Part shown: one piece after another, positions 26,239-36,308 of the stretch
Layout of the letters: each line of letters starts with the position of its first letter
Position numbering within the stretch: the stretch's first letter is position 1
Virus record (IMG/VR): IMGVR_UViG_3300031413_000005
Location: 32,001-96,000 of that record
Source of the DNA: a virus
Length of the DNA stretch: 64,000 nt
Reading direction: 5' to 3' (one strand)
The notes under the pieces: generated by a model
Told to the model about the DNA's origin: nothing
The model's input: the letters and a program-made list of their open reading frames with translations, nothing else
Database searches by the model: none
Program-made: the position numbers and the translations under genes

Positions 26239-26982
26239 TTAGTGGCCCGTGACGTCGAGCACGAGCACCGGTCCCATTGGCCTGCTCCACGTTGCGTTTG
26301 CCGGAATTGTCGGCGGGAACCGACTGTTGCCGAGCGAGCGAGCGACATCGTCATAGCTGACAAGTCCCGTCGACACGGTCGCCCCAGAAGCGGCGGTCCC
26401 ATTGAGCTTACCGTCGTTGTTGTAGGTCCAATTTCCGGCCGTGTTTCCGCTGTCGCCAGGTTCGTAAAGTCGACCGTCCTTGTAGAGCTGTCCGTTGTTA
26501 CGAGAGCGACCAGTCCATTCCTGTGCAGCGAGAGCGTAGGAACGCCCCGCCGAAAGGGTCGCGCTTTGCGTAGCGCCGTCAAGAACCGCGGCGATCGTCG
26601 CAACAGGGCGAGAGGACGAGTAGGTTAGATTGCCGGCAGTATCGAACAGCTCCAGGCCAACGCCGGTAGGCGGAAACCTGTTCGACTGTCCATACAGCCA
26701 ATAATTCACCGGCTGATTGACGTCTGCCCCCGATACGAAATGCGCGACGGCTTGTGCGCCGTTCATGTAGCGGCCCGCGCGCGCGCAATAGAAAGGGCTT
26801 TGGACTGCGAGAATGATCGGCGATGTCAGGTCAGGAAGCGGCACGAGGACGCTACTCTTGGTAGTAGTTCCCGAAAGTCGGGCTTGGGTAAAAACTGTCC
26901 CCTTGCCGATTAGAGCCATTGTCATCAGCCCGGCATCGAACTGAAGGGCACCATCGCTCCGAAAAGTCTGAAACGTCGCCAT
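26239..26982 (-). CDS. Tail-tip accessory protein
   Basis: FQTFRSDGALQFD and GLELFDTAGNLTYSS repeats, typical of small genes that follow siphovirus central fibres. Confidence 0.6.
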   Translation of the reverse strand: MATFQTFRSDGALQFDAGLMTMALIGKGTVFTQARLSGTTTKSSVLVPLPDLTSPIILAVQSPFYCARAGRYMNGAQAVAHFVSGADVNQPVNYWLYGQSNRFPPTGVGLELFDTAGNLTYSSSRPVATIAAVLDGATQSATLSAGRSYALAAQEWTGRSRNNGQLYKDGRLYEPGDSGNTAGNWTYNNDGKLNGTAASGATVSTGLVSYDDVARSLGNSRFPPTIPANATWSRPMGPVLVLDVTGH

Positions 26983-26983
26983 G

Positions 26984-27295
26984 TCAAAACGTCCCATACA
27001 TAATTGTAGCCCGCGGCCGGTCGCTTTCGTAGGTCGCCTCCGCCGAAGGGTAGCTCCACGATACGCCGTTTGCAGACGTAGTTATTATGGCCTCCTTGTT
27101 GTCTGCGCCGGGGATGCCACCGAGGAGCTGAAACGCAAATGGGCGACCGTTGCCGAGCCGAGCGTCGGTGATCGAGCCTGACTGCGCAGAACCCGCTCCT
27201 CCGATCGCGAAGGTGCCGAGTATTAGCGCGACGCTGCTCGTGGTATCGATCAACAAGGTGCCATTCTGAGCCCAGACTTGCAGTCCTGTTGCCAT
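26984..27295 (-). CDS. Small tail-tip accessory protein
   Basis: MATGLQVWAQNGTLLIDT...IMYGTF. Confidence 0.65.
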   Translation of the reverse strand: MATGLQVWAQNGTLLIDTTSSVALILGTFAIGGAGSAQSGSITDARLGNGRPFAFQLLGGIPGADNKEAIITTSANGVSWSYPSAEATYESDRPRATIMYGTF

Positions 27296-27296
27296 G

Positions 27297-30200
27297 TTAG
27301 ATCCCCAGCCTGACGGCGCGTTGACCGTTAGAATAGTAAACGTCGACCCCAGCGGCGCCGATGGTCGTCGATCCGTTCCCGTTAGCCCCGGTGATGCGGA
27401 CGTCACCAATGATGTCGACGCCAGCGCCGGCATTCGCATCTGCCCAGACCCGCATCTGCGCGCGGTTGTTGCCGGCGACCGACTGCACCTGCCAATAGGC
27501 GGACGCGCGGCCCTTGAGATCTGCAACCGCGCCCTCTGCGGTGGTCACGCGCGCGAGGAGGTTCGACTGCTCGACCTTCTTGGACGCGATCTCGCCTGCG
27601 GTGGATGGACGCATGACGATGCGGTGCCAGATCGTGCGCAGGAAGCCATAGCCGCCCGCGCCGGTAAAGCCCGTCCACCCGGCCATCAGATAGAGGTTCA
27701 CGCCCGGCGACTGCGCGCCGTTGTAAAACATGAAAGTGAACTTGCGCTGGGCATTGCCGATATTGCCGATGCGGTCAGCGGTATCCGCGTTGTTGTGGAA
27801 GCCGTATTCGACCGAGTATCCGTTGTTGAACTGGCAATGGACGCCCGCACCGGACCAGTTGCCATCCTGGCCCTCGACATCGACCTCAAAGGTGTACCAG
27901 CCGGGAGGCATCTTGCCCAACGCCTGCGTCAGCCCGTTCTGGTTTCCCTGACGGTCGATTTGGAGTGGATAGCGCGCGCCATACTGGGAACCGCCTGCCC
28001 CATACGGCCCGTAATACGCGTTTGCGTCCTGCGCCCACATCGACCAGCCTTGAGGCATGTGCCAGCCGCCATCATAGATCCAGTTCACGTCGGGCTGGGT
28101 GAACGTCCCGTTGCGCACGAGATTGTTGCTGTCGTAGCCCACCGACGCCTCGACGATCGACGTGCGGCCGGCTGCGACGCTATCCGCATTCGCGCGGGCG
28201 ACGGCCTCGTTGTAGATCCGCGTGTTGAGCTCGCTGTCCTGCGCACCGCGAAGCTGAGCCTCAACAGTGTCGGCGCGGGTAGCGAGAGCGCTGTCACGCG
28301 CGAGGCGGGTGTCTTCTTCGGTTTTCACGCGAGCGGTGAGCGACACGACGCTCGCTGCCGCCTTGCCAGCTTCGATCTCGCCGACACTTGCCGGGCGAAG
28401 TGTAAGTCGACCCCACTTGATATACTTCGACGCACGGTAGCGGCCGAACCCGGTCCAGCTGTGCATGCAGTGCAGGTTCATTTCGCTGTAGGCCCCGATG
28501 TCGATCATCTTGGTCCACGTCCGAATTTCCATGTTCGCGCTGTCGCCCACGCGCCCAGTCGTGTCCGGGTCGGAGAGGAAGTCGAGGTTGTAGACGCCGC
28601 TCAGCGTGACGCCAGCACCCGACAGGCTACCGGAGACGCGCTGTGCGGTCACCTCGATGACCCACTTGCCCGCATGGACGGGGACGGTCTGGTAGATGCC
28701 GCACTCTGCGTTTTCGATGTTCGTCGTGTAGGCCGCGTAGGGACTGCCAACCATGCCGCCTGGCTCGCGGCCGATACCCCACTGGCCTTCCGTGACCCAC
28801 GCCGCCCATCCGGTCGGGTAGACCTGACCGTAGGGCCAGATCGCGAACTTGTCGTTTTTGCCTGTGCCCGATCCGATCGTCGCCGTGCTCTCGATCCCCG
28901 ACACACGGTTCCCCATCGTCACGTCCGCATCGGTTCGCGCGATCGTCTCGTTGTAGATGCGGGTGTTGAGCTCGCTGTCACGAGCGCCGCGAAGCTGCGC
29001 CTCGATCACGTCGGAACGCGATGCGAGCGCACGGTTGGCGTCCGCTGCGGTCGTGGCGTTCTCGATGATCGTGGCGTTGAGCTTGGTCTGCTCGGCCACA
29101 TTGCTGCCCGGCGTGTAAGGCACGGCCTCGGTGATACCGGGGCGGATTTTCACTAGCTGCGGGCGCAAGAACCAAGCGTAGCTGTTACCACCGGACGTCG
29201 TGCCGTGCTTCATCAGGTATATGCGGACCCAAGAATATCCGGCCGGCACAGTGAACGTGACTACGGTGCGCTTGTAGGTGCTCAACAGCTTGGCGTCGGC
29301 ATCCAGAGGCACAGTCACCTTTTCCCCGAGGAACAAGCCAGCGTTAGCTGGCGTGAAACCGTCGATGTAGATGCCCGTGTTGCATCGGTGAGAGTATGAG
29401 TAGACCGTCGCCTGATAGGTCGCCCCCGGCTCCAGGCCATGCACGTCTTGCGACCAGTGCCCCGCGCGCGCGGTGCTCGCATTTTCCTGCCCGATGACGA
29501 GCGCGTTCATGTTGTTGGGCCACCAAATATTGGCGGTGATACCGTTGCGCGCGCCAATGGAGCCTGCTTCCGGCGTAAAGCCCCAGCCCTCGTTGCCGGT
29601 GGTCCATTCGGTATTCGACAGAAGGTTGGAGCTGGTGCCCGCGCTCGCCTCGATAACGGAGGTCCGACCGGCCAGAACGCGATCGGCTTCCGCGAGCGTG
29701 CTGCGGTTCTCCTCGATCTTGGCCGACATCGGCGACGCGGTGGTCATGGCGACCTTGCTCTCGAGCGACGTGGTCCGATCCGCTACGGCTTTGGTCGCCG
29801 CGGCGGACACGATCGAGCTGTCCGTGATTGCTGCGTTTGCGGCTGCGATCGCGAACTTCTCGGAGCCCGGCGAGTAAGGTATCCACCCGGTCTGGCCTTC
29901 ATTGGCGACACCAATGAACGGGCGCCAGATCCAGACGTACGTGTCATTCAGACCGGTGCCATAGGTGCGAAGGCAGATCCGGGCCGAGACCGTGTTTGGC
30001 GGTGCTTTTACCGACTTTACGCCAGTCTGGTCCCATTGCTTGGGATCCTTGCCGCCTGCATCGACGCGCGCTCCGACGTTCTCGCCACCGTAGCCGGTGA
30101 AGGCCCCGTTTACGTCGTAGAACATGATGGAGACCCAAGCACGGCTTCGGTGGCTCGCGGTCATGGCGTAACACTGGTAGAACTCGCCCGCGCTGACCGG

Positions 30201-31568
30201 GATCGGTTCGCTGACGACTTCCATGATGCTGCCGGTCGGCGCTTTGCTTTGGCGCATCGCGAGGGCGTTTTCACCGATTGGGTGCCAGTCATCGCTAGGC
30301 GCGTTGATGACAATCACGCCACCATTAGGATTGTTGGTGATCGAGTAGCCGCGCAGGGTCTCAAAGGCGGTGTTCTGCAAGAGGTTACCACCACCCGTTG
30401 CCCGCGCCTCGAGAGCAGCCGTGCGGCCGGCGATCGCCCGCGTCGCATCTGCCGCGGCGGTCGATGCGTCACGAATGCTTGCCGCAAGCGGGCTGTCTTG
30501 TTTGCCGTCCAGCTTCGCCTCGACGACGCTCGTCCGGTTCGCGACCGCCGATACGGTCGTCGCGCGCACCGCCTTTTCGTCCTCGATCGCAGCCGCGTTG
30601 CTCGAAACGTCTTTCTGGACGAGTGCCTGCTTGTCGCGCAGCACCGCATCCTCTCCAGTTGAGCGCGCAATCTCGTTGGCGAGGTTGTTGCGAACGCCCG
30701 CCAAGTCGCCTTCCAGCTCGGTGCGCGCGTCAGTCAGATCCTGATTTGCCTGATCGATCTCGAGACCAGCTGCTGCTGCGGCCGCGCGCGCCTGGCGAGC
30801 CTCCTGAAATGCCTTGGCGACTTCCGCCATCGCTTCGGAAATGCGAACCTGTGCGTCGGTGAGCTCCTCGACGATCTCGACCGCGGGCTTGCCGCCAACG
30901 GCGTTCGTGTCCTTCGAGGTGTTGTCGCCGGTGACGTCTGCGTTGTCGTCAGGCTTGTTTGCGCCGGTGACGCCGTCCCACTTCGCGAGCTGGGCGGCGC
31001 GATCGGCGATCATGGCGTCGAGATCGGCCAGCGCCGACACGGCTGCTGCGTAAGAGGTCTGGAAGGTCGCGGCGTTGATCGGCGTGTCCTTCGACATATC
31101 GTTATACGCCGGGACGAGGCTCACGATATAGTCGGTCCACGCCTTCGTCGCGACGTTGGAGGCGTCGATGTAGGCGTCGATCCCGCCCAGCTGTCGCGCT
31201 TTCGCGGCCGAAGCCGACGACGAGGCCAGCAGCTGCGAATGCACCAGCGAAAGCTGCGGCTTTTCTGCACGCGACAGTATGTTGTCGGCCGTCATCCCGC
31301 GAATGTCCGAGATGACCTGGCTCGCCGCGACGTCCATAATCGTGCCGGTGATGTTGCCGTTGAACGACACCCGCACGCTGGGCCGGTAGCGCGTGTTCTT
31401 CGCTGGCGTGAGCGGCGAGTAGACGACGCCGTCGGCGTTGATGTCAGAGTCGACCCGGCGATATGCGCGCACGCTGAAGTCGTAAAAGCGGTCTGCCGCC
31501 ATGCCGGGCAGGATGACAGACCGCTTGTTCGGCTGGATGAAAACGCTGGTATCGGTGGGATTTGCCAT
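27297..31568 (-). CDS. Central tail fibre / receptor-binding protein with four CBM-like modules
   Basis: N-terminal partial FN3, coiled coils, four beta-rich modules starting NLLQNTAF, NLLSNTEW, KNDKFAIW and NLVRNGTF, and a J-like C-terminus ending VRLGI. Confidence 0.8.
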   Translation of the reverse strand: MANPTDTSVFIQPNKRSVILPGMAADRFYDFSVRAYRRVDSDINADGVVYSPLTPAKNTRYRPSVRVSFNGNITGTIMDVAASQVISDIRGMTADNILSRAEKPQLSLVHSQLLASSSASAAKARQLGGIDAYIDASNVATKAWTDYIVSLVPAYNDMSKDTPINAATFQTSYAAAVSALADLDAMIADRAAQLAKWDGVTGANKPDDNADVTGDNTSKDTNAVGGKPAVEIVEELTDAQVRISEAMAEVAKAFQEARQARAAAAAAGLEIDQANQDLTDARTELEGDLAGVRNNLANEIARSTGEDAVLRDKQALVQKDVSSNAAAIEDEKAVRATTVSAVANRTSVVEAKLDGKQDSPLAASIRDASTAAADATRAIAGRTAALEARATGGGNLLQNTAFETLRGYSITNNPNGGVIVINAPSDDWHPIGENALAMRQSKAPTGSIMEVVSEPIPVSAGEFYQCYAMTASHRSRAWVSIMFYDVNGAFTGYGGENVGARVDAGGKDPKQWDQTGVKSVKAPPNTVSARICLRTYGTGLNDTYVWIWRPFIGVANEGQTGWIPYSPGSEKFAIAAANAAITDSSIVSAAATKAVADRTTSLESKVAMTTASPMSAKIEENRSTLAEADRVLAGRTSVIEASAGTSSNLLSNTEWTTGNEGWGFTPEAGSIGARNGITANIWWPNNMNALVIGQENASTARAGHWSQDVHGLEPGATYQATVYSYSHRCNTGIYIDGFTPANAGLFLGEKVTVPLDADAKLLSTYKRTVVTFTVPAGYSWVRIYLMKHGTTSGGNSYAWFLRPQLVKIRPGITEAVPYTPGSNVAEQTKLNATIIENATTAADANRALASRSDVIEAQLRGARDSELNTRIYNETIARTDADVTMGNRVSGIESTATIGSGTGKNDKFAIWPYGQVYPTGWAAWVTEGQWGIGREPGGMVGSPYAAYTTNIENAECGIYQTVPVHAGKWVIEVTAQRVSGSLSGAGVTLSGVYNLDFLSDPDTTGRVGDSANMEIRTWTKMIDIGAYSEMNLHCMHSWTGFGRYRASKYIKWGRLTLRPASVGEIEAGKAAASVVSLTARVKTEEDTRLARDSALATRADTVEAQLRGAQDSELNTRIYNEAVARANADSVAAGRTSIVEASVGYDSNNLVRNGTFTQPDVNWIYDGGWHMPQGWSMWAQDANAYYGPYGAGGSQYGARYPLQIDRQGNQNGLTQALGKMPPGWYTFEVDVEGQDGNWSGAGVHCQFNNGYSVEYGFHNNADTADRIGNIGNAQRKFTFMFYNGAQSPGVNLYLMAGWTGFTGAGGYGFLRTIWHRIVMRPSTAGEIASKKVEQSNLLARVTTAEGAVADLKGRASAYWQVQSVAGNNRAQMRVWADANAGAGVDIIGDVRITGANGNGSTTIGAAGVDVYYSNGQRAVRLGI

Positions 31569-31575
31569 GGCGCGG

Positions 31576-31611
31576 ATAATACCAGATTGCATGTGTGTTA
31601 TCTACCATGCA
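31576..31611 (-). promoter_or_regulatory. Element plus extended -10 promoter for the tail fibre gene
   Basis: Element-ATCTGG-TATTAT-7 nt-ATG. Confidence 0.65.
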
Positions 31612-31612
31612 C

Positions 31613-34600
31613 TTAGGACGCCGTGCTCCTCCAGGTAACCTCGAAGCCGTCGATCGTCGCTTCGTCGCCGCCCCACCCGAACTCGAAGCTGATGTCTGCC
31701 GAGCCGTCGGTGTTGATGACGTGCTCGACATCGGTAGCGGCATCGGTTGTCGGCGCGACGATCGGGTCAGGGTTCCGATTATTCCACTTCGAGAAATCCT
31801 GCATGTTCGTAGGCGCAACCGCGATGGTGAACTCCTTCGTCACCCAAGGCGAGATCGAGTTTTCCGCGACCGCGCGCACCTGAACGACATAGGCTCCCGT
31901 CTGAAGACCGTTCATTGCGCACCGCGTCTGGGTGTGGCTCCCAAGGCTCAACCATTCGGTCTCGACCTTGCGCCGATACTGAGCCTCGTAACCGGTCACC
32001 CCAGTACCGTCGCCCGGCGCCACCCAGCTTACAGCCGCAGAGCCGATGACATCGAAGTTCGTGGGAACGACGGTGAGCCCGGTTGGCGGATCGAGCGTTG
32101 CGTAGATGACCGCGATGGTGCCGCGAACGCTTGGAGCAGTCGCGAACGGGGCACGGTCGCCGCGCTTGTTGTAGGCCACGACCTTGAACTCGGGCACGTC
32201 GCCCTCATTGAGCGACACGAGCAGCTCGGTCATGTTGAGCGCGGTCCCGACCGGACGCATCGCGCCCCCGTTGAGCGCCATGTAGACGTCCGCGCCGGCA
32301 TAGTTGCGGATCCCCGCAGCGGTCCAGTGGACGCGCGCGTTGAGCGACTTGCGGTTGGCCGAGACCATGCGCTCGTAATCGAACAGGAGCGACTGGACGT
32401 GCGCGACCTCGCGATCGGAAGGCGGCGCAACCGGGATCGGGATCTCGAGCTCCGCAGGACCGTAGACCCGCTCGTCGTATTCCATGAAGGTCAGCTTGCG
32501 CTTCTCGACGCCGTTCCCGCTGACGCCCGTCAGCGTGTAGGGCTTCTTGACCAGGCGCAGCTCGCCAAAGATAAAGTTGCGCAGCGAAGCGGGCGCGACC
32601 GGGAACGCCACGGTCACGTCGACAAAGGACCGCTCGACAGCCCCAGCTGGCGCGACGACCTCGCGCTCGATCAGGACGTCGGTATCCCAGAACGTGACGG
32701 TGTCGCCGGTCTTGATGCCGTCGTTGCTGGCAAGCAGGACGGTGTCGAACTGCGACCCCTTCACGACCTGGGCGATCTCGCAATCCACCTCGCCGACCTT
32801 GGCACGCGCGGGGACCTTCCCGGGCGACAGGAAGGACGCGGTCGGGATCATGAGCTTATTGCCGATGACGCTCGACACCTTGGCGGTGCCCTGTGCGATC
32901 GCGTCGTAAAGGATGAGGACGCCCCAGGACTTGCCCGGCTCCATATACACGTTCTGGTCGAGCTGGATGCGCGTCGTCGTCGATCCCGCGGCCGTGCGGC
33001 CCGACTGCGACCACTCCATCATGTTGTGCGCGATCAGCGCGTTCTCACCTTGGACGATGTTGATCGATTCCAGGAACGACTCAAACTCGATCGTGCGGAT
33101 TAGCAGCCGGTTGGCGTAGATGTTGCGCCACAGCTCGCGCCGCGCCTGCTCGATGTTGTCGACGCCCATGAGCGCGATCGATGACAGACGCTGGCTTTCG
33201 TTGAACGTGACCGCCTTGGGGTCGACGTAGCGAATGGTCTTCTGCTTGTTGCGGTCGTTCCGATCGAAGTAGCTGACCTCGAACTCATTCGCCCGATCGA
33301 CCATTGGCATGTAGGTGACCTGGAAGGTCCCCTTGAGGATCGAGCCCTGGCCGAACGCCGTGACGGGATCGCGCTTGCGATCGATCACCACCGAGATCTT
33401 ATTGCCTACCGGAACCGGCGCCGCATGGCCGACGCGCAGCACGGTCTGGAACGCCTCGGCGAGCGTCGTGCCCGTCTCGAACACGCCGTTGAACGCCAGG
33501 TTGTTGTCGCGGCAGTGCTGCGCGAAATCGAGCCATGCAGGCCAGTCGATCTCAGTCTTTGGCGTTCCGGCGCCGCGCTCGATGCCCGCGAGAATGTCCA
33601 GCGCGACCCAGGCGACATTATTGCTCCAGCGCTTGACGGTCGGGTTGCCCTCGAAGTCGTATTCTTGGAGCAGCGAGCCTCGCACGCGCGCGGTCAGCCC
33701 CGGTATTCCGTTGAGCTGTTCGTTCAGCTTGATCTTGAGCGACAGGTTCGCGGTGCCGCGCAGCGCGACCTGGTCCGTCTGGATCTCCGCGACGTCCGTC
33801 AGGAAGACTTCGTCGAGCAGATACTGATCGGTGGACGTGACGGTCGTGCGCCGAATGCGCGCCTGGTAGTAGCCGCGAGCGAGCCGGCCGCTTTCGAACG
33901 ACTTGCGGATCTGGCGCGTGCGCTTGTCCGTGACAGTGACCGTGCCGGTCTGGTTGGGCGGGTAGGCGATAACCTCGCTGATCGTCCCGTTCGGAAGGCG
34001 CAAATCCACGACGCCCGCCTTACTGAGCGTGACGTCGTAGGTGCTGTTCGCGATCGGCGTGATGTCGGTGTCGCCGACGATCGAGCCGTCACCCGACGGG
34101 TCGAGATTGTAGCCGACGCTGGGCTCGCTCGACAGCGTAGGGGCGACCGAGACCCAGTTGCCCCCGTCGACGCGGTATTCGAGGCTGTTGGCGGAAAGCG
34201 CGCGAGCTTCAGCTGCGGTCGACGCGACGTTCGACTGAGCACCGACGATAAAGCGCATGGCGGTGCCGACGATCGACAGGTTCGCGGCGCTGCCAATGTA
34301 GTTGCTCGGGTTCGCCGCGCCCGTCCATGCCTGGACCGGCTGCTTCGTGATCGGGTCGAGCAGGCGATATTCCATAACGAACGTCACCGACCGCGGCTTG
34401 TAGGTGCCCTTCTTCTGGTCGATCTGAACAAGGCCCTGAGTGAAGCCGACATCGAAGCGGAGCTGATCGACCTCGGTCGACGTCTCGTGAACGAGCGCCG
34501 TCGTGTCGATCTTCATCCCTTTGTTGACCTGACGGATCGACCGGCCAAACCAGTCATTCACGTCTTCGGTCAGCGTCCCCTTCTTGAAGCGCGTCTCGAC

Positions 34601-35269
34601 GTTCGTGAAGTTGGCGAGCGGCTGCTCGTTCACCTCGATGTCGTAGACACCCTCGATCTCGCCGTCGTTGAGGACGGTGCGCAGGAACAGGTATTGGTCG
34701 TCGCCGACGTTCAGCGTGTAGAGGTCGCCGAAGTTGCCGGCGACGCGATACTCGCCATAGATGACAGGGTAAGGGATACCCTCGACCGCGGAGTTCTTCG
34801 CGCCGTCGATGCCGTAGCTGTTCGAGGTGTTGCTGTCGTTGCCGAGCTTGCTCTTTGGGGTGAGCAGGAACGCGTTCACGAGCCCGGCGCCGACCGCGAC
34901 GAGGGCGATGACCCACCACTGCTGCGTGATAGCCGCGACGACTGCCACAGCAGCCGTCAGCGCGATGCGCATGATCGCCTTGAAGCCGTCACCGCCCTGC
35001 GGGATCAGGATTAACCCGAGCTGGTCGCCCTTGTTGACGACGTGCAGGTGCGCATGGTCGAGCGCGACCTCCTGCCCGTTGTGAAACGCCTTCCACTCGT
35101 GCTCGGTCGGAAGCCCATCGAAATACTGGTCGAGCGTCGCGCCCTCCCGGTATTCCATCTCGTGAACCTCGACGCTCGAAGGCGTGAATGCGTCGTAGAG
35201 CAGCCGGAGCTGCACCAGATCCGGGACGACGTCGGGCGAGCGATCCTCACGCATAGAGGTATGCCGCAA
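31613..35269 (-). CDS. Tail tip / host specificity protein (lambda I+J-like fusion)
   Basis: PQGG plus hydrophobic segment, PYPVIYGEYRVAGN, WSNNVAW, FNGVF, FN3 domains. The start may be at 35254. Confidence 0.88.
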   Translation of the reverse strand: MRHTSMREDRSPDVVPDLVQLRLLYDAFTPSSVEVHEMEYREGATLDQYFDGLPTEHEWKAFHNGQEVALDHAHLHVVNKGDQLGLILIPQGGDGFKAIMRIALTAAVAVVAAITQQWWVIALVAVGAGLVNAFLLTPKSKLGNDSNTSNSYGIDGAKNSAVEGIPYPVIYGEYRVAGNFGDLYTLNVGDDQYLFLRTVLNDGEIEGVYDIEVNEQPLANFTNVETRFKKGTLTEDVNDWFGRSIRQVNKGMKIDTTALVHETSTEVDQLRFDVGFTQGLVQIDQKKGTYKPRSVTFVMEYRLLDPITKQPVQAWTGAANPSNYIGSAANLSIVGTAMRFIVGAQSNVASTAAEARALSANSLEYRVDGGNWVSVAPTLSSEPSVGYNLDPSGDGSIVGDTDITPIANSTYDVTLSKAGVVDLRLPNGTISEVIAYPPNQTGTVTVTDKRTRQIRKSFESGRLARGYYQARIRRTTVTSTDQYLLDEVFLTDVAEIQTDQVALRGTANLSLKIKLNEQLNGIPGLTARVRGSLLQEYDFEGNPTVKRWSNNVAWVALDILAGIERGAGTPKTEIDWPAWLDFAQHCRDNNLAFNGVFETGTTLAEAFQTVLRVGHAAPVPVGNKISVVIDRKRDPVTAFGQGSILKGTFQVTYMPMVDRANEFEVSYFDRNDRNKQKTIRYVDPKAVTFNESQRLSSIALMGVDNIEQARRELWRNIYANRLLIRTIEFESFLESINIVQGENALIAHNMMEWSQSGRTAAGSTTTRIQLDQNVYMEPGKSWGVLILYDAIAQGTAKVSSVIGNKLMIPTASFLSPGKVPARAKVGEVDCEIAQVVKGSQFDTVLLASNDGIKTGDTVTFWDTDVLIEREVVAPAGAVERSFVDVTVAFPVAPASLRNFIFGELRLVKKPYTLTGVSGNGVEKRKLTFMEYDERVYGPAELEIPIPVAPPSDREVAHVQSLLFDYERMVSANRKSLNARVHWTAAGIRNYAGADVYMALNGGAMRPVGTALNMTELLVSLNEGDVPEFKVVAYNKRGDRAPFATAPSVRGTIAVIYATLDPPTGLTVVPTNFDVIGSAAVSWVAPGDGTGVTGYEAQYRRKVETEWLSLGSHTQTRCAMNGLQTGAYVVQVRAVAENSISPWVTKEFTIAVAPTNMQDFSKWNNRNPDPIVAPTTDAATDVEHVINTDGSADISFEFGWGGDEATIDGFEVTWRSTAS

Positions 35270-35618
35270 GCGGAGTAAACATGCCGTTGGTCAGGCGGTC
35301 GGTGGTGACACCGGTCGCCTCGAACGCGTGGAGGAAACGGTCGCCGGTCAACGTGAAGCCGACATGCGCGCCGATACCCTCGACACGCAGGGTCACCAGC
35401 GAGCCGACGGTGCCGATCGGAACTCGGCGCCAGCGTGCGCTCTCGGACGAGATGAGGTCTGCAACCTCCTCGATCGTACCTGGACTTTCGAAGTCGGGAA
35501 GAACGACACCTGCGCGTCGAAACATCTCGATCGCCAACCCATAGCAATCATAGGCGTCGGGACCACGCGCGCCGCGTTTGAACGGCACGCCAAGGAGATC
35601 GAGATATTCGGGTGTCAT
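35247..35618 (-). CDS. NlpC/P60 tail assembly protein (lambda K-like)
   Basis: LLGVPFKRGARGPDAYDCYGL, HVG, FLHA. Confidence 0.88.
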   Translation of the reverse strand: MTPEYLDLLGVPFKRGARGPDAYDCYGLAIEMFRRAGVVLPDFESPGTIEEVADLISSESARWRRVPIGTVGSLVTLRVEGIGAHVGFTLTGDRFLHAFEATGVTTDRLTNGMFTPLAAYLYA

Positions 35619-35626
35619 AGCGGCAC

Positions 35627-35662
35627 ATCATACCAGATTGCATGTGTGTTATCTACCATGCA
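35627..35662 (-). promoter_or_regulatory. Element plus extended -10 promoter for the NlpC/P60 gene
   Basis: Element-ATCTGG-TATGAT-8 nt-ATG. Confidence 0.7.
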
Positions 35663-35666
35663 CCTC

Positions 35667-36308
35667 CTACAGGTTCATGGGCACCAGGCCGGGCAGAACG
35701 CGTGCGTTCATGCTGTTACCCTTCTCGCGGCACCCGCCCTTCCCATCGAGGACATAGGTGCAGGTGGTCGCTGCACCCTTATAGCCGCACCCATAATCCT
35801 TGAAGCGCCAGGCGCAGCGCTCGCGGAACTGCTTGTATTTGGGGAACTGGATATTAAGCGGGTTCTCGGCCCCCAGGTTCGCGGTGACGACATAGTCCTT
35901 GGACGACGTCGTGATGACGCTGAACTTCTCGCGCACCTCCGCGGGTTTATCGAGGCGCGCGGTGTTCACCACCATCAGCACGACCTCCGAAAATACGCCC
36001 CCGGCGTAGCCCTCGATCCTCGACTGGATGAACATCGTCGGGTCCGTTGCGGTCAGCGTCACGCTCGGCGACGTGTTTGCCTTCTGGTCGATCTGAAGGT
36101 CGAAGTTGGCCGACTGGTAGATCGCCGTGTAGCCCTTCTCGTCGAGCCCGAACATGATGTTTTCGTCGTTCGCTGCCAGGCGCAGGATTTCGACGACCTG
36201 GCGTGTGTTGGGGTCGACGATCCGCAGCTCGAGCAGAACGACGAACGCCACCTTGGACGAGATCTTGTTCTTCTCAATTACCGTTGCGACAGAAAGATGG
36301 CGTGCCAT
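35667..36308 (-). CDS. Minor tail protein L-like
   Basis: C-terminal CAWRF..CGY..C..C cluster; tail synteny. Confidence 0.8.
   Translation of the reverse strand: MARHLSVATVIEKNKISSKVAFVVLLELRIVDPNTRQVVEILRLAANDENIMFGLDEKGYTAIYQSANFDLQIDQKANTSPSVTLTATDPTMFIQSRIEGYAGGVFSEVVLMVVNTARLDKPAEVREKFSVITTSSKDYVVTANLGAENPLNIQFPKYKQFRERCAWRFKDYGCGYKGAATTCTYVLDGKGGCREKGNSMNARVLPGLVPMNL

Noticed and set aside
27297-31568. Diversity-generating retroelement or invertible tail-fibre cassette
   Set aside because: There is no reverse transcriptase or invertase in the window, and the repeats are direct, in-frame linkers without adenine-specific mismatches.
31570-31618. Stop readthrough or an exact TCC-to-TCC ribosomal hop joining J and the fibre
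   Set aside because: The downstream TCC is in the J frame, not the fibre frame, and there is a second in-frame TAA. Only a wobble TCT landing would work, which is kept as speculation in the finding.
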